From an uncultured Chloroflexia bacterium (GTDB taxonomy: Bacteria; Chloroflexota; Limnocylindria; Limnocylindrales; CSP1-4): a stretch of 64,000 bases of DNA. Positions within the stretch are counted from its first letter, which is position 1. Each line of letters starts with the position of its first letter. The stretch spans positions 134,585-198,584 of the forward strand of contig CAVQIH010000008.1 of the NCBI GenBank assembly GCA_963712585.1. The letters run 5' to 3'. The position numbers and the translations under genes are program-made. A model generated the notes under the pieces. That model saw only the letters and a program-made list of their open reading frames with translations. It was not told where the DNA came from and searched no databases. Positions 21,377-30,992 of this stretch are shown one piece after another.

Positions 21377-22273
21377 TCACCCAAGGCCGGTTGCGTGTGC
21401 GCCAACCGTCGCCGGCGGTCCGACCTCACCGAGGCCAGCCGACCACCCCAGCACCAGGCGCTCGACCATTTGGGCGACTCCCTCGTCCTCAAGGGGCGGC
21501 GCGACGTGGCGAGCCACCGCCGTGACCGCCGCGGGCGCCGTCGGCATGGCCACACCGTGGCCCACGGCCTCGATCATCTCGAGATCGTTGAGCTGGTCGC
21601 CGATCGCCATCGCCTGCCCGAGTGGGATGCCCAGCCGTCGCGCCAGCCAGGAGACCGCGCGCCCCTTGGAGACGCCCGGGGCAACGAACTCGAGAAAGTG
21701 GGGGTTGCTCAGCGTCGGCACCGCACGGCCCTCGAAGGCGGCTTCAGCCGCGGCCAGGAGCTCGAGCCCACGGTTCCCTCGGCCCACGCTCAGCACCTTG
21801 GTGACGGGGTGCACGATCGAGCTCTCAATGTCGGCGACGAGGCGGAGCCGGCTGCCGATGAACCGCGAGTAGTCATCGGCGCGCGGGTCATCCGCGGGCA
21901 GGATCATCGTCTCGAGATGATTCAGATGGGGCTCCAGGCCCACCCCGCGTGACCAGGTGACGACCTCGCGGGCCACCGCCGCCGACAGGGGCCGGTGGAC
22001 GAGCAAGCGGCCCATTCGCGGGCTACCCGGCGGCGGCATCTCGCGGATGACGGCACCTTGGCAGGCCACGATCGGCTGCCGGAGGCCGAGCACGCGAGCG
22101 AACCGCAACGCGCTCAGCGACATCCGTCCGGTGAACAATGAGACCAAGACGCCCCTGGCGACCGCCTCGGTGACGGCCCTACGCGTCCGTTCCCCGATGA
22201 CGCCGTCCTCGCCGACGAGCGTGCCGTCGATGTCGAGGGCGATGAGCCGAATCGGGAAACGGGACGTGGTCAC
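21377..22273 (-). CDS. Cof-type HAD-IIB family hydrolase
   Basis: IRLIALDIDGTLVGEDG...VSKGRAVSWLARRLGIPLGQAMAIGDQLNDLEMIEAVGHGVAM carries HAD motifs I-IV. Confidence 0.8.
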   Translation of the reverse strand: MTTSRFPIRLIALDIDGTLVGEDGVIGERTRRAVTEAVARGVLVSLFTGRMSLSALRFARVLGLRQPIVACQGAVIREMPPPGSPRMGRLLVHRPLSAAVAREVVTWSRGVGLEPHLNHLETMILPADDPRADDYSRFIGSRLRLVADIESSIVHPVTKVLSVGRGNRGLELLAAAEAAFEGRAVPTLSNPHFLEFVAPGVSKGRAVSWLARRLGIPLGQAMAIGDQLNDLEMIEAVGHGVAMPTAPAAVTAVARHVAPPLEDEGVAQMVERLVLGWSAGLGEVGPPATVGAHATGLG

Positions 22274-22339
22274 ACGCCGAAGTATGGGGCCTCGCCGGGG
22301 CGGCGGCCGCCAGCGGTCGCCGGATGACGGCGTCCACGC

Positions 22340-23236
22340 TCAGGCGCCGCGGGCAAGGCGAGCGACGCGCGGCCGGCCTTCGAGATCAAGGTGCACGACG
22401 CATCCCCAGCCCGGCAGGCACTCGCCCACCGCGGTCTCGATCGTTTCCTCCTGGCCCGCGCCGATCTCGATGAAGGCCACCCCGGCGACAGCCAGGCGCT
22501 CCGGGAGAACCGCCAGCAGCCGTCGGATCGCGGTCAGGCCATCGGGCCCACCGTCGAGGGCGAGCCGGGGCTCGAAGGAGGCCGCGACAGGCAACCCCTC
22601 GACCTCCGCGGAGGGTACGTAGGGGAGGTTCGCGAGAAGCACGTCGAACGGCTCGGAGACCGGCGGCAGGAGATCGGCCTCGATGAAGCTCACCCTGTCC
22701 GCGACCCCGTGGGCGACCGCGTTCTCCCGTGCCAGGGCGAGCGCGTCCGGAGCCAGGTCGGTGGCAAGCACCGCCACGTCGCCGAGCATCCGGCGGCGGC
22801 GGAGCAGGATCGCCAAGCTGATGGCAATCGTCCCCGCCCCGGTTCCGATGTCGACGACCCGCAACGGCGGTCCCTCCAGGGGTCGGGGGGCCGCCGCAAG
22901 GCGCTCCGCAACCTCGCGCTCGGCGAGCTCGACCATGAGCTCGGTCTCCGGGCGAGGAATCAGGGCGCGACGATCGACCGCGAAGGCGATCCCATAGAAC
23001 TCCTTGAGCCCCCGGACGTAGGCCACGGGCTCACCGCTCGCACGGCGCGCCAGGGCGTCCTCGTACCGCCCCGCTGCGCCGGCGCCGACTGGCGCCTCGG
23101 GATGGGCCACGACGGCGATCCGATCCACCCCGACCGAATGGGCCAGGAGGAGCTCGGCGTCCAGGCGCGGCGTTTCGGAGCCGGCAGCGCGAAGCCGCTC
23201 GGTCCCCTTGATCAGGAGTTCGCCGACCTTGGACAC
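22340..23236 (-). CDS. prmC: release-factor glutamine N5-methyltransferase
   Basis: PRLDAELLLAHSVG...VAYVRGLKEFYGIAFAVDRRALIPRPETE...VVDIGTGAGTIAISLA...DVLLANLPYV (NPPY-type). The start is set at the GTG preceded by GGGAGGA 9 nt upstream; GTG 23257 is also possible. Confidence 0.85.
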   Translation of the reverse strand: MSKVGELLIKGTERLRAAGSETPRLDAELLLAHSVGVDRIAVVAHPEAPVGAGAAGRYEDALARRASGEPVAYVRGLKEFYGIAFAVDRRALIPRPETELMVELAEREVAERLAAAPRPLEGPPLRVVDIGTGAGTIAISLAILLRRRRMLGDVAVLATDLAPDALALARENAVAHGVADRVSFIEADLLPPVSEPFDVLLANLPYVPSAEVEGLPVAASFEPRLALDGGPDGLTAIRRLLAVLPERLAVAGVAFIEIGAGQEETIETAVGECLPGWGCVVHLDLEGRPRVARLARGA

Positions 23237-23267
23237 CCCGGCGGTTCCTCCCGTCACGGCCGAGCGC

Positions 23268-24353
23268 TCACCCCGCCTCTTCCTCCCCGAGCTGGCGGAG
23301 GCGCTCGGCCTCATCGGTCGTGATCAAAGCGTCGATCAACACATCGAGGTCGCCCTCGAGGATCGCCGGCAGGTTGTGGAAGCTCTGGCCGAGCCGGTGG
23401 TCGGTGAGGCGGTCCTGGGGGAAGTTGTAGGTCCTGATCTTCTCGGCCCGTTCCCCGGCGCCCACCATGCTGCGCCGGGCGGCCGAGCCGGCCACCCGCT
23501 GCTTCTGGAGCTCGAGGTCCAAGAGCCGCGACCGCAAGACGGCGAGTGCCTTGGCCTTGTTCTTGTGCTGGCTCTTCTCGTCCTGGATAGCGACCACGAG
23601 GCCAGTGGGCAGGTGGGTGACGCGGACCGCGGAATCGGTCGTATTCACCGACTGGCCGCCCGGACCGGTCGAACGGTAGACGTCGATTCGGAGGTCTCGC
23701 TCGTCGATCGCCACGTCGACCTCGTCCGCTTCGGGCAGGACGACGACCGTCGCGGTGGAGGTGTGGATGCGTCCGCTCGATTCGGTCACCGGAATGCGCT
23801 GCACGCGATGGACACCACCCTCGAACTTCAGGCGGCTATAGGCGCCATCCGCGCTGATCTGGACGATCCCTTCCTTGAGCCCGCCGATCCCGGTCTCGTT
23901 GAGGCTGAGCACCTCGGCCGCGAAGCGCCGCCGCTCCGCATACCGCAGGTACATCCGCAGCAGCTCCGCGGCAAACAAGGCCGCTTCCTCACCGCCGGCC
24001 CCGGCCCGGATCTCCATGATGACGTTCCGGTCGTCATTGGGATCGCGCGGCAGGAGCAGCAGCCTGAGATTGTCGAGCAACCGCTCCTCACGCTGGATCA
24101 ACCGCTCGACCTCGTCGCGGGCGAGCTCCCGAAGCTCCTCTTCGGCGCCGCCGTCCCGCAGCTCGCGAGCACCGGCGAGCTCGGTCCGGGCGGCCTGGAG
24201 CTGGCGGAACGCGGTGACGACGGGCTCCAACCGGGCGAGCTCCTTGCCCAATCGCTTGAGCGACGCGGGATCGGCCATGGCCTCGGGGCTCGCGAGCTCC
24301 GCCTGAAGTGCGTCGTACTGCTGCGACACCTCGAGGAGCTTGGCGTCGATCAT
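23268..24353 (-). CDS. prfA: peptide chain release factor 1
   Basis: 361 aa with the PVT anticodon-like tripeptide (RVQRIPVTE) and the GGQ motif ([22 protein letters not shown]). Confidence 0.96.
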   Translation of the reverse strand: MIDAKLLEVSQQYDALQAELASPEAMADPASLKRLGKELARLEPVVTAFRQLQAARTELAGARELRDGGAEEELRELARDEVERLIQREERLLDNLRLLLLPRDPNDDRNVIMEIRAGAGGEEAALFAAELLRMYLRYAERRRFAAEVLSLNETGIGGLKEGIVQISADGAYSRLKFEGGVHRVQRIPVTESSGRIHTSTATVVVLPEADEVDVAIDERDLRIDVYRSTGPGGQSVNTTDSAVRVTHLPTGLVVAIQDEKSQHKNKAKALAVLRSRLLDLELQKQRVAGSAARRSMVGAGERAEKIRTYNFPQDRLTDHRLGQSFHNLPAILEGDLDVLIDALITTDEAERLRQLGEEEAG

Positions 24354-25378
24354 CGGTCGTCGGCAGCGGCCGGTGCAGTTGGCTCAGGTTCGCCGATCGT
24401 GGTCTCGCTCGGGTTCGACCCCGTCACGGTCGCCACCGCCAGCTCAGCCCGATGGCGTGCCTCGGCTACCTCGAGCGGCTCCCAAGCGAATTCGGTCGAC
24501 CCCTCCGGGACCGCATGCCCATCGGCCTCGAGGGCACGCTCGAGCGATACGATCGCGACCTCGATCATGTCGTCGGTCGGCTGACGCGTGGTAATCATCT
24601 GGACCCAGATACCGGGCATCGTCAACCAGCGAACCAGCCGATGCTGCCGGTGCCGGGCGCCGAAACGAAGGATCTCGTAGCTCACGGCAGCGATGGCCGG
24701 GATCAGGAGGGCACGCGTCGCGATCGTCAGCGGAATCGACTGCCGGCCCACCAGGGCAAAGGTGAAGATCGAGAGCATGATCACGACGACGAGGAACTCC
24801 GTGCCGCAGCGAGGGTGCGCCGTTGGGTACCGGCGGACAGCCGCCGTGGTCAGCGGATCGCCGGCTTCCAGGGCATGGATCGCCATGTGCTCGGCACCGT
24901 GGTACTGGAACGTTCGCCGGACGTCGCCCGCCCGACCGATGAGCAACAGGTAGCCGATGAAGATGGCGACCTGGAAGCTGCCCTCGATCGCGTGCTCGAG
25001 GAGCCCCGGCTGCGATCCGACGACGACCCGCGTGAGGAAGAACGGCAGGAAGAAGAAGAGCCCGATCCCGATGGCCAGGGTGAGGACGAGCATGAGGGCG
25101 ATGGTGCCCTTCCCGATCTCCACACCCTCACCGGTCGCGTTGACGCCTGCGGAGCGGATCAGCCAGCGCGTGCCCGTGACGAGGGTCTCGTAGAGGACGA
25201 CGAGCCCTCTGACGAGCGGCAGACGAGCCCAACGCGTGCGCCGGAAGCCGGTGTCGAGTCGCTCGCTGGCGGTGACGATCCCCCCGCCGGGATGGCGCAG
25301 GGCAACCGCAATCGCGCCGCGACCGCGCATGAGGACGCCCTCGACGAGCGCCTGGCCCCCGTAGCTGAAGCTGGGCAT
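24350..25378 (-). CDS. DUF1385 (YqhQ-like) membrane protein
   Basis: GGQALVEGVLMRG...FQYHGAEHMAIHALEAG...HPRCGTEFL is the DUF1385 signature as I recall it. It sits between rpmE and prfA, as is usual. ATGA overlap with prfA. Confidence 0.75.
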   Translation of the reverse strand: MPSFSYGGQALVEGVLMRGRGAIAVALRHPGGGIVTASERLDTGFRRTRWARLPLVRGLVVLYETLVTGTRWLIRSAGVNATGEGVEIGKGTIALMLVLTLAIGIGLFFFLPFFLTRVVVGSQPGLLEHAIEGSFQVAIFIGYLLLIGRAGDVRRTFQYHGAEHMAIHALEAGDPLTTAAVRRYPTAHPRCGTEFLVVVIMLSIFTFALVGRQSIPLTIATRALLIPAIAAVSYEILRFGARHRQHRLVRWLTMPGIWVQMITTRQPTDDMIEVAIVSLERALEADGHAVPEGSTEFAWEPLEVAEARHRAELAVATVTGSNPSETTIGEPEPTAPAAADDR

Positions 25379-25399
25379 CGCCCGGCCCGGGCGGTCGGC

Positions 25400-25615
25400 C
25401 TAGCGGCCTGTGGCGGCCCGCTCGAGGCGCTTCTGGAACCGCTCAACCTGACCGGCAGTGTCGATGATCATCTGCTTGCCGGTGAAGAAGGGGTGGCAGT
25501 TGGAGCAGACGTCGACGCGGAGCTCGGTGCGAGTCGAGCCGACCGTGAACTCGGTCCCGCACGTCGCGCAGTGGACTGTCGCCTGGTGGTATTTCGGATG
25601 GATGTTCGGCTTCAC
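25400..25615 (-). CDS. rpmE: 50S ribosomal protein L31
   Basis: [51 protein letters not shown] start with GAGGAG 5 nt upstream. Confidence 0.9.
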   Translation of the reverse strand: MKPNIHPKYHQATVHCATCGTEFTVGSTRTELRVDVCSNCHPFFTGKQMIIDTAGQVERFQKRLERAATGR

Positions 25616-25681
25616 GGAGACTCCTCGGGCGATCGGCGCCCGCGCCGGCCCAGAGGTCGGCACTCTCGTCGGTCGGCGGAC

Positions 25682-25945
25682 CTATTCGACCGCGACCGGC
25701 TCGATTCGAATGCGCTTCTTGGCCCGGGTCTCGTGCTCGAACCGAACACGCCCCGTCGCCGTCGCGAAGACCGTGTAGTCCCGGCCGAGGCCCGTCCCGG
25801 GGCCGGCGATGAATGTCATGCCACGCTGCCGGACGAGGATCGAGCCGGCGGGCACGAGCTGGCCGTCGCCGACCTTGACCCCGAGCCGCTGGCCGACACT
25901 GTCGCGGCCGTTCTTCGAGCTGGAACCTGCCTTCTTGTGGGCCAT
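25682..25945 (-). CDS. rpmA: 50S ribosomal protein L27
   Basis: [42 protein letters not shown]. The start lies 1 nt after the rplU stop. Confidence 0.95.
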   Translation of the reverse strand: MAHKKAGSSSKNGRDSVGQRLGVKVGDGQLVPAGSILVRQRGMTFIAGPGTGLGRDYTVFATATGRVRFEHETRAKKRIRIEPVAVE

Positions 25946-25946
25946 C

Positions 25947-26612
25947 TCAGCCGTCCTTCTTGGTCCGGGACTTCTTCGGGGTGGCCGAGGCGTCCGGCTC
26001 GCCGGGAGCGGCTTCGGCCGGTGCCTCGGGGGCCTCCGGCGCCTTCGCGGCGCGAACACGGGTCCTCTTCGGTGCGTCCGCGGCCGGCGCCTCGGCAGGG
26101 ATCGCGGTCACGGCCGCCTTCTTGGGGCGAGCCCTCTTCGTGGCCACGGGAGCAGCCGCGGGCTCGGCGTCCCGGGCGGCAAGCTTGGCGGCCAGAGCGG
26201 CGTCGGCGGCTGCCTGGGTTGCGGCAGCCTGCGCGAGCCGTTGGCGCTCCGTCTGGGCTGCCTCTTCGGCCTGACGGACTTCGGCAGCCGCGCTGCGACC
26301 GTCGACGGTCACGTCCGTCACGCGTAAGACCGTGAGCTCCTGGCGGTGACCCTTCTTGACCCGCCGGCGGGCCTTGGGCCGGTACTTGAAGGCGATGACC
26401 TTGTCGCCCCGATCCCGGCGGAGGATCGTCGCCTGGACCGCGGCGTTGGGCACGACCGGGCGCCCCACCCGCGCTTCGTCGCCATCGGCGACCAGGAGGA
26501 CGCGCTCGAGGGTGATCGCCGAGCCTGGCTCGGCATCCAGGAGCTCGACCTCGAGCTCGGTGCCGACCTCGACGCGGTACTGCTTACCGCCGGTTTCGAT
26601 GACTGCGTACAT
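25947..26612 (-). CDS. rplU: 50S ribosomal protein L21 with a C-terminal Ala/Pro/Lys/Glu-rich extension of about 118 aa
   Basis: The core [25 protein letters not shown]...[27 protein letters not shown] is followed by [48 protein letters not shown]...KKSRTKKDG. Confidence 0.9.
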   Translation of the reverse strand: MYAVIETGGKQYRVEVGTELEVELLDAEPGSAITLERVLLVADGDEARVGRPVVPNAAVQATILRRDRGDKVIAFKYRPKARRRVKKGHRQELTVLRVTDVTVDGRSAAAEVRQAEEAAQTERQRLAQAAATQAAADAALAAKLAARDAEPAAAPVATKRARPKKAAVTAIPAEAPAADAPKRTRVRAAKAPEAPEAPAEAAPGEPDASATPKKSRTKKDG

Positions 26613-26701
26613 GGATCCTCGGATCTCGAGCGGGCAGCGCCCGAAGACGGCCGCTGACGGGGGCGACAGGCAACACCCGACCGATGCGGGCGCGAATGGG
26701 G

Positions 26702-26731
26702 AGTGTACGACCCGCCGCCGCCCCTGGTCAA
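26702..26731 (-). promoter_or_regulatory. candidate promoter TTGACC-18-TACACT upstream of rplU
   Basis: Minus-strand hexamers lie at 26726-26731 (-35) and 26702-26707 (-10). This would leave a 5' leader of about 85 nt before rplU. Confidence 0.35.
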
Positions 26732-26741
26732 ACTCGGCGGC

Positions 26742-27122
26742 TCAGCCGCCGGTGACGGTCAGGGCACCCTTCATCCCCTGCTGCTCGTGACCGGGCAGCC
26801 GGCAGACGTAGACGTATGTACCCGCCTCGAGGCGCACCGCGATCGACCGCTCGAGCCCGGGCACGAGCCCCTCGATCTCGTCCACCACGCGCTCGCCCTG
26901 GAGGATCTCGAACTCGTGCTCGACCGAGCCCGAGTTGCGCACCGTGAAGGTGACTTCTCCGGCGTCCACCGTGGCGCTCGACGGGTCGAAGTGGTACTCG
27001 GAGGCCGAGATCCGCACACCGGACGTGCTACCGGACTGGCCGGCCGGGGCTGCGCCGGAGCAGGCGGCGACGCTGGCCAGGGCGAGCACCAGCAGGGCAA
27101 GCAAGCGTGACGAGGTCGGCAT
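26742..27122 (-). CDS. cupredoxin-domain lipoprotein (EfeO-N/plastocyanin-like)
   Basis: Lipobox LALASVAAC. Sequence ASEYHFDPSSATVDAGEVTFTVRNSGSVEHEFEI...GTYVYVCRLPGHEQQGMKGALTV offers His, Cys, His and Met ligands. It lies downstream of the FTR1 permease. Confidence 0.65.
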   Translation of the reverse strand: MPTSSRLLALLVLALASVAACSGAAPAGQSGSTSGVRISASEYHFDPSSATVDAGEVTFTVRNSGSVEHEFEILQGERVVDEIEGLVPGLERSIAVRLEAGTYVYVCRLPGHEQQGMKGALTVTGG

Positions 27123-27153
27123 GGTGAGAGTCTCAGGCACGTGCAGCGGGGCT

Positions 27154-27981
27154 TCAGGTCGCGGACCGCTGGCGTCGCATCCGCGGGCGGTCGCTGGCGA
27201 CGAAGACGGCGAGGGTCGGGACCAGAAAGGCAAGGTAGGCCGTTAGCTCGAGCGGCGTGGGCGACGAGCGGTATCCGAAGAGGCCGGCCAGGACCGCGCC
27301 GAGCGGCCCGGTCTCGGGCAACACCCCGCCGAGGTCGTACGCCGTTCCGCCGTTCACGATCAACCCGGCCTCGCCGAACTCGGCGATTGCGAAGGCGACG
27401 AGTCCGGCTGCCACGAAGATGAGGACGATTCCCGTGATGGTGAAGAACCGGCGCAGGTCGATCCGGATCCCGGCCGTGAAGATCCCCCAGCCCAGCAGTG
27501 CCGCCGCAACGAGACCGGCCACTCCCCCGGCAAACGTGAGCGCACCGGGCCCCGCCGACGAGCCGATCGCCAGCAGGAACAGGACCGTCTCCAGCCCTTC
27601 CCGCCCGACGGCGATGAACGCCAAACCGGCCAGCATCATCGTCGAGCCGCGAGAGAGGGCGACATCGAGGCCGCGCTCGAGCTCCCCCTTGATCGCCCTT
27701 CCCTGGCGACGCATCCAGAAGAGCATCCAGGTCAGGACGCCGACGGCCAGCAGGCCCGCCAGGCCTTCGAGCGTTTCCTGAACCACGAGCGGCAAGCGGC
27801 CGACCGTGACCACGATCGCGACCCCCACCAGCACGCACCCGCCGATGGCCGAGCCGACGCCGGCCCAGACCAAGGGCAAGGCGTCATGCCGGCCCACGCG
27901 GACCAGGTACGCGACGATGATCCCGACGATGAGAGCCGCCTCCAGGCCCTCACGGAGCGTGATGAGGAACGTGGGCACCAT
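27154..27981 (-). CDS. efeU: FTR1/EfeU-family high-affinity iron permease
   Basis: Two REGLE motifs (TLREGLEAALIV and GREGLETVLFL) and seven predicted TM helices. The start is set at MVPTFLITL. Confidence 0.85.
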   Translation of the reverse strand: MVPTFLITLREGLEAALIVGIIVAYLVRVGRHDALPLVWAGVGSAIGGCVLVGVAIVVTVGRLPLVVQETLEGLAGLLAVGVLTWMLFWMRRQGRAIKGELERGLDVALSRGSTMMLAGLAFIAVGREGLETVLFLLAIGSSAGPGALTFAGGVAGLVAAALLGWGIFTAGIRIDLRRFFTITGIVLIFVAAGLVAFAIAEFGEAGLIVNGGTAYDLGGVLPETGPLGAVLAGLFGYRSSPTPLELTAYLAFLVPTLAVFVASDRPRMRRQRSAT

Positions 27982-28156
27982 GGCCAGGACTCCTGGGGAC
28001 GCGAGGATTGATGGCCTTGCCGTACAAGCGCCCTTGCTCAACGGCGACAAGGGTGCCTGACTCTCGTTGTCGTGCATCCTATGCCACGGCGGACGCGTCC
28101 GTCAACGGGGATCTGCCCCCAGCGTCGGGCCACCCCTGAGGAAACCCTGACGGCGA

Positions 28157-28879
28157 TCAGGCCCCGGAGGATGGCGTCTCGTCGGCGAGCCAGAGCCGCT
28201 CGCGGACGAGGCACTCAGCGATGAGCGGCTCCCCGGCTGCGGCTGTGAGCCGTTCGGTGAGCTCGGCAATCACCTCATCGGGCCGGCCGCTGCCCTCCTC
28301 CTGCGAGTGCCGGAGGCGCATCCACAATGCGCCGAGGCCACGGCCGGAACTCACGTCGGCGGCCCAGCTCTGGACCCGTAGGCCGAGCAGCAGCGGCCGC
28401 AGGTCATACTCGACTGCCTTCGTCTCCCGTCGCTTGACGCGGATCACTCGATCGGCGGCCCATAAGCCGGCAACCGCGAGGTCGACGGCGGTGCGCTCAG
28501 CCGGTCCGGCCACGGTGACGCGATAGTCGGCGGCCACCAGGCGCGCAGCCACCGCCGGCTCGCCCACCCAGACGTCATGCAGGCCGGCGAGCTCGTAGCC
28601 GCTCGGTAGCTCACGCTCCAGGCGTGCCCGCAGATCCGCGATCGTCAGCCGCTCCGCTAGGTAGAGGTCGACGATCTCGCGCTCCCCGAGCATGCCGAGC
28701 GGGAGCGATGCGGCGAAGACGAGGCGAGACTTCGGCGTATGGCCCTCGGACAAGGCGATCGGAATCCGGCCTCGTCGGAAGGCGCGCTCCCAGAGCTTCA
28801 CGGCATCGAGATGAGCGAGGTAGCGGGCCTCCTCATCCCGCCGGAATTCGACCCGCCAACGCTGCCGGACCTCGCTCAC
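28157..28879 (-). CDS. DUF2344 radical-SAM-linked protein (TIGR03936-like)
   Basis: RQRWRVEFRRDEEARYLAHLDAVKLWERAFRRGRIPIALSEGHTPKSRLVFAASLPLGM is the family N-terminus as I recall it. The GTG start overlaps the radical-SAM stop (GTGA). Confidence 0.7.
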   Translation of the reverse strand: MSEVRQRWRVEFRRDEEARYLAHLDAVKLWERAFRRGRIPIALSEGHTPKSRLVFAASLPLGMLGEREIVDLYLAERLTIADLRARLERELPSGYELAGLHDVWVGEPAVAARLVAADYRVTVAGPAERTAVDLAVAGLWAADRVIRVKRRETKAVEYDLRPLLLGLRVQSWAADVSSGRGLGALWMRLRHSQEEGSGRPDEVIAELTERLTAAAGEPLIAECLVRERLWLADETPSSGA

Positions 28880-30879
28880 GCCCGTGGTCCCGCTGTGACC
28901 CTCGGGTCGCCGACCTTGCGGCGCGTGTCGCCGGGTGGGCCGACATAGCGCCACCGCCGGTCCGCCCGCCCGTCCTGGCCGGGAGCGTCCAGGCTGAGCA
29001 TCGCCCGCCGGGGACCGTCGCCGCCGAGACGGCAGTCGAAACGAGAGGTGGCATCGGCCCCACAGCCGGAGCAGGCGTCCCAGTGGCAGTCCGGAGTGGC
29101 GATCTCGTGCAGAGACCGCGCCCACTCCTTCCGGAGGAACGCTTCGGTCACTCCGCCGTCAAGGTGCTCCCACGGCAGCGGCTCGTCGAGGGGTATGTCG
29201 CGCTGCGCATACCAGGCCGGGTCGAGTCCGGCCGCGGCGAACGCCTCCCACCAGAGATCGGGCTGGAAGTGACCGTCCCAGGCATCGAGGCGAGCCCCCC
29301 GTTCCCAGGCAGATCGGACGACGGCGTTGAGGCGACGGTCGCCGCGGCTCAAGGCGGCCTCGAGCAGTGAGCTGGCGGGGTCGTGCCAGCTGAAGTCCAG
29401 CCCCTGGCCGCGCAGCGCCCGCTGGAGAGCGGCCACCTTCGAACGGATCTCCGCCTCGCCGTCCTGGCCGGACCAGGCGAACGGGGTGAGTGGCTTTGGC
29501 ACGAACGTGGAGACGTTGGCCCGGACGAGGGCCCGGCCGCCGTGATGGCGGCGCCCGATGACCAGGACGCGCCGACAGATGTCGGCGATCCCGACGACGT
29601 CCTGCATCGTCTCGCCGGGCAATCCGATCATGAAGTAGAACTTGAGCGCGCTCCAGCCGCGGCTGAAGGCCAGTTCGGCGGTCCGCTCGATCTCCTCGTC
29701 CGAGACCCCCTTGTTGATGACGTCGCGCATCCGCTGGCTGCCCGCCTCGGGAGCGAAGGTGAACCCGGTCCGACGGCCCGTGGCCAGGGCATCGGTCAGC
29801 TCGACCGTGAAGGCATCAGACCGCGTGCTGGGGATGGAGACCGTCACTTCTGGGTGCCGGCGGCGGAGCTCCGAGGCAACCTCGACGACGTTCGTGTAGT
29901 CGGCGGTCGAGAGGCTGGTCAGGCCGATCTCCTCGTACCCGGTGGCCGCAAGAATCGCGTCGGCCGCGGTCACGGCCAACTCCGGCCCGCGCTCTCGGAG
30001 CGGCCGGTACTGCATCCCGGCCTGGCAGAAGCGGCAGCCGCGGGTGCAGCCGCGCATCACCTCGATCTGGGCGCGATCAAAGACGACCCCGACGTTCGGC
30101 ACGAGCTGTCGGATGCCCCGCACCTTCGTCGCGAAATCGGCCACGATCCGGCGCGTCACCCGCAGCGGCACGCCCGGATCATGCCGCTCAACCCAGGCGA
30201 TCCTGCCGTCCGGGTGATGGGTCACCTGATAGAGCGAGGGGACGTAGACGCCGGGGATCGTGGCAAGCGCCCGGAGCGCCTCGCGACGGGTCACACCCCG
30301 AAGGATGCCTCCGTCGGGAGCGGATTCGAGGCGACCCCATCCCAAGCGCGCCAAGAGGTCGGCGATCTCGAGCACGACGTCCTCGCCCTCGCCAAGGACA
30401 ACCGCGTCAAGCACGTCGCCGAGCGGCTCGGGGTTGACGGTCGAGGTTCCTCCAGCCACCACCAGCGGCTCGACGTCACCACGCTCGGCGGTCGTGAGCC
30501 CGACCCCGCCCAGGGCCAGCATCGTCAGGACGTTCGTGTAGGTGAGCTCGTAGCCGAGGCTGAAGCCGATCACGTCGAAGGCCGCCAGGGGTCGCTTCGT
30601 CTCGAGGCTCCAGAGCGGCAGCCCGGCGGCACCCAGCTCCTCCTCGAGATCCGTCTCTGGGGCGTAGGCGCGCTCGGCCAGGACGTCCGAGCGGTCGTTG
30701 AGGACCTCATAGAGGATCTTGAGCCCGAGGCTGCTCATCCCGATCTCGTACAGGTCGGGGTAGGCCAGACACCAGCGCGTGGAGACGGCCTGCCACTCCT
30801 TGACGACGGAGTTCCACTCACCGCCCACGTAGCGACCGGGCTTCTGGACACGTCCGAGCACGGCGTCGATGACCGCCAT
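28876..30879 (-). CDS. uncharacterised B12-binding-domain radical SAM protein (TIGR03960-like)
   Basis: VQKPGRYVGGEWN...VIGFSLGYELTYTNVLTML...MRGCTRGCRFCQAGMQYRPLRER (CX3CX2C). The start is set at MAVIDAVLGRV; the upstream ATG at 30999 would overlap rodA. Confidence 0.8.
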   Translation of the reverse strand: MAVIDAVLGRVQKPGRYVGGEWNSVVKEWQAVSTRWCLAYPDLYEIGMSSLGLKILYEVLNDRSDVLAERAYAPETDLEEELGAAGLPLWSLETKRPLAAFDVIGFSLGYELTYTNVLTMLALGGVGLTTAERGDVEPLVVAGGTSTVNPEPLGDVLDAVVLGEGEDVVLEIADLLARLGWGRLESAPDGGILRGVTRREALRALATIPGVYVPSLYQVTHHPDGRIAWVERHDPGVPLRVTRRIVADFATKVRGIRQLVPNVGVVFDRAQIEVMRGCTRGCRFCQAGMQYRPLRERGPELAVTAADAILAATGYEEIGLTSLSTADYTNVVEVASELRRRHPEVTVSIPSTRSDAFTVELTDALATGRRTGFTFAPEAGSQRMRDVINKGVSDEEIERTAELAFSRGWSALKFYFMIGLPGETMQDVVGIADICRRVLVIGRRHHGGRALVRANVSTFVPKPLTPFAWSGQDGEAEIRSKVAALQRALRGQGLDFSWHDPASSLLEAALSRGDRRLNAVVRSAWERGARLDAWDGHFQPDLWWEAFAAAGLDPAWYAQRDIPLDEPLPWEHLDGGVTEAFLRKEWARSLHEIATPDCHWDACSGCGADATSRFDCRLGGDGPRRAMLSLDAPGQDGRADRRWRYVGPPGDTRRKVGDPRVTAGPRA

Positions 30880-30992
30880 TGGAAGCGGATCGGGCCGCAG
30901 CGAGCCTGGCGGTCGGTCGCCGAACGGTCTGGCCGGCGCGACCGGGGGACGCGAGGCCACGGTGTCGGGAGTATCGAGGCGGCGCCGCCCCG

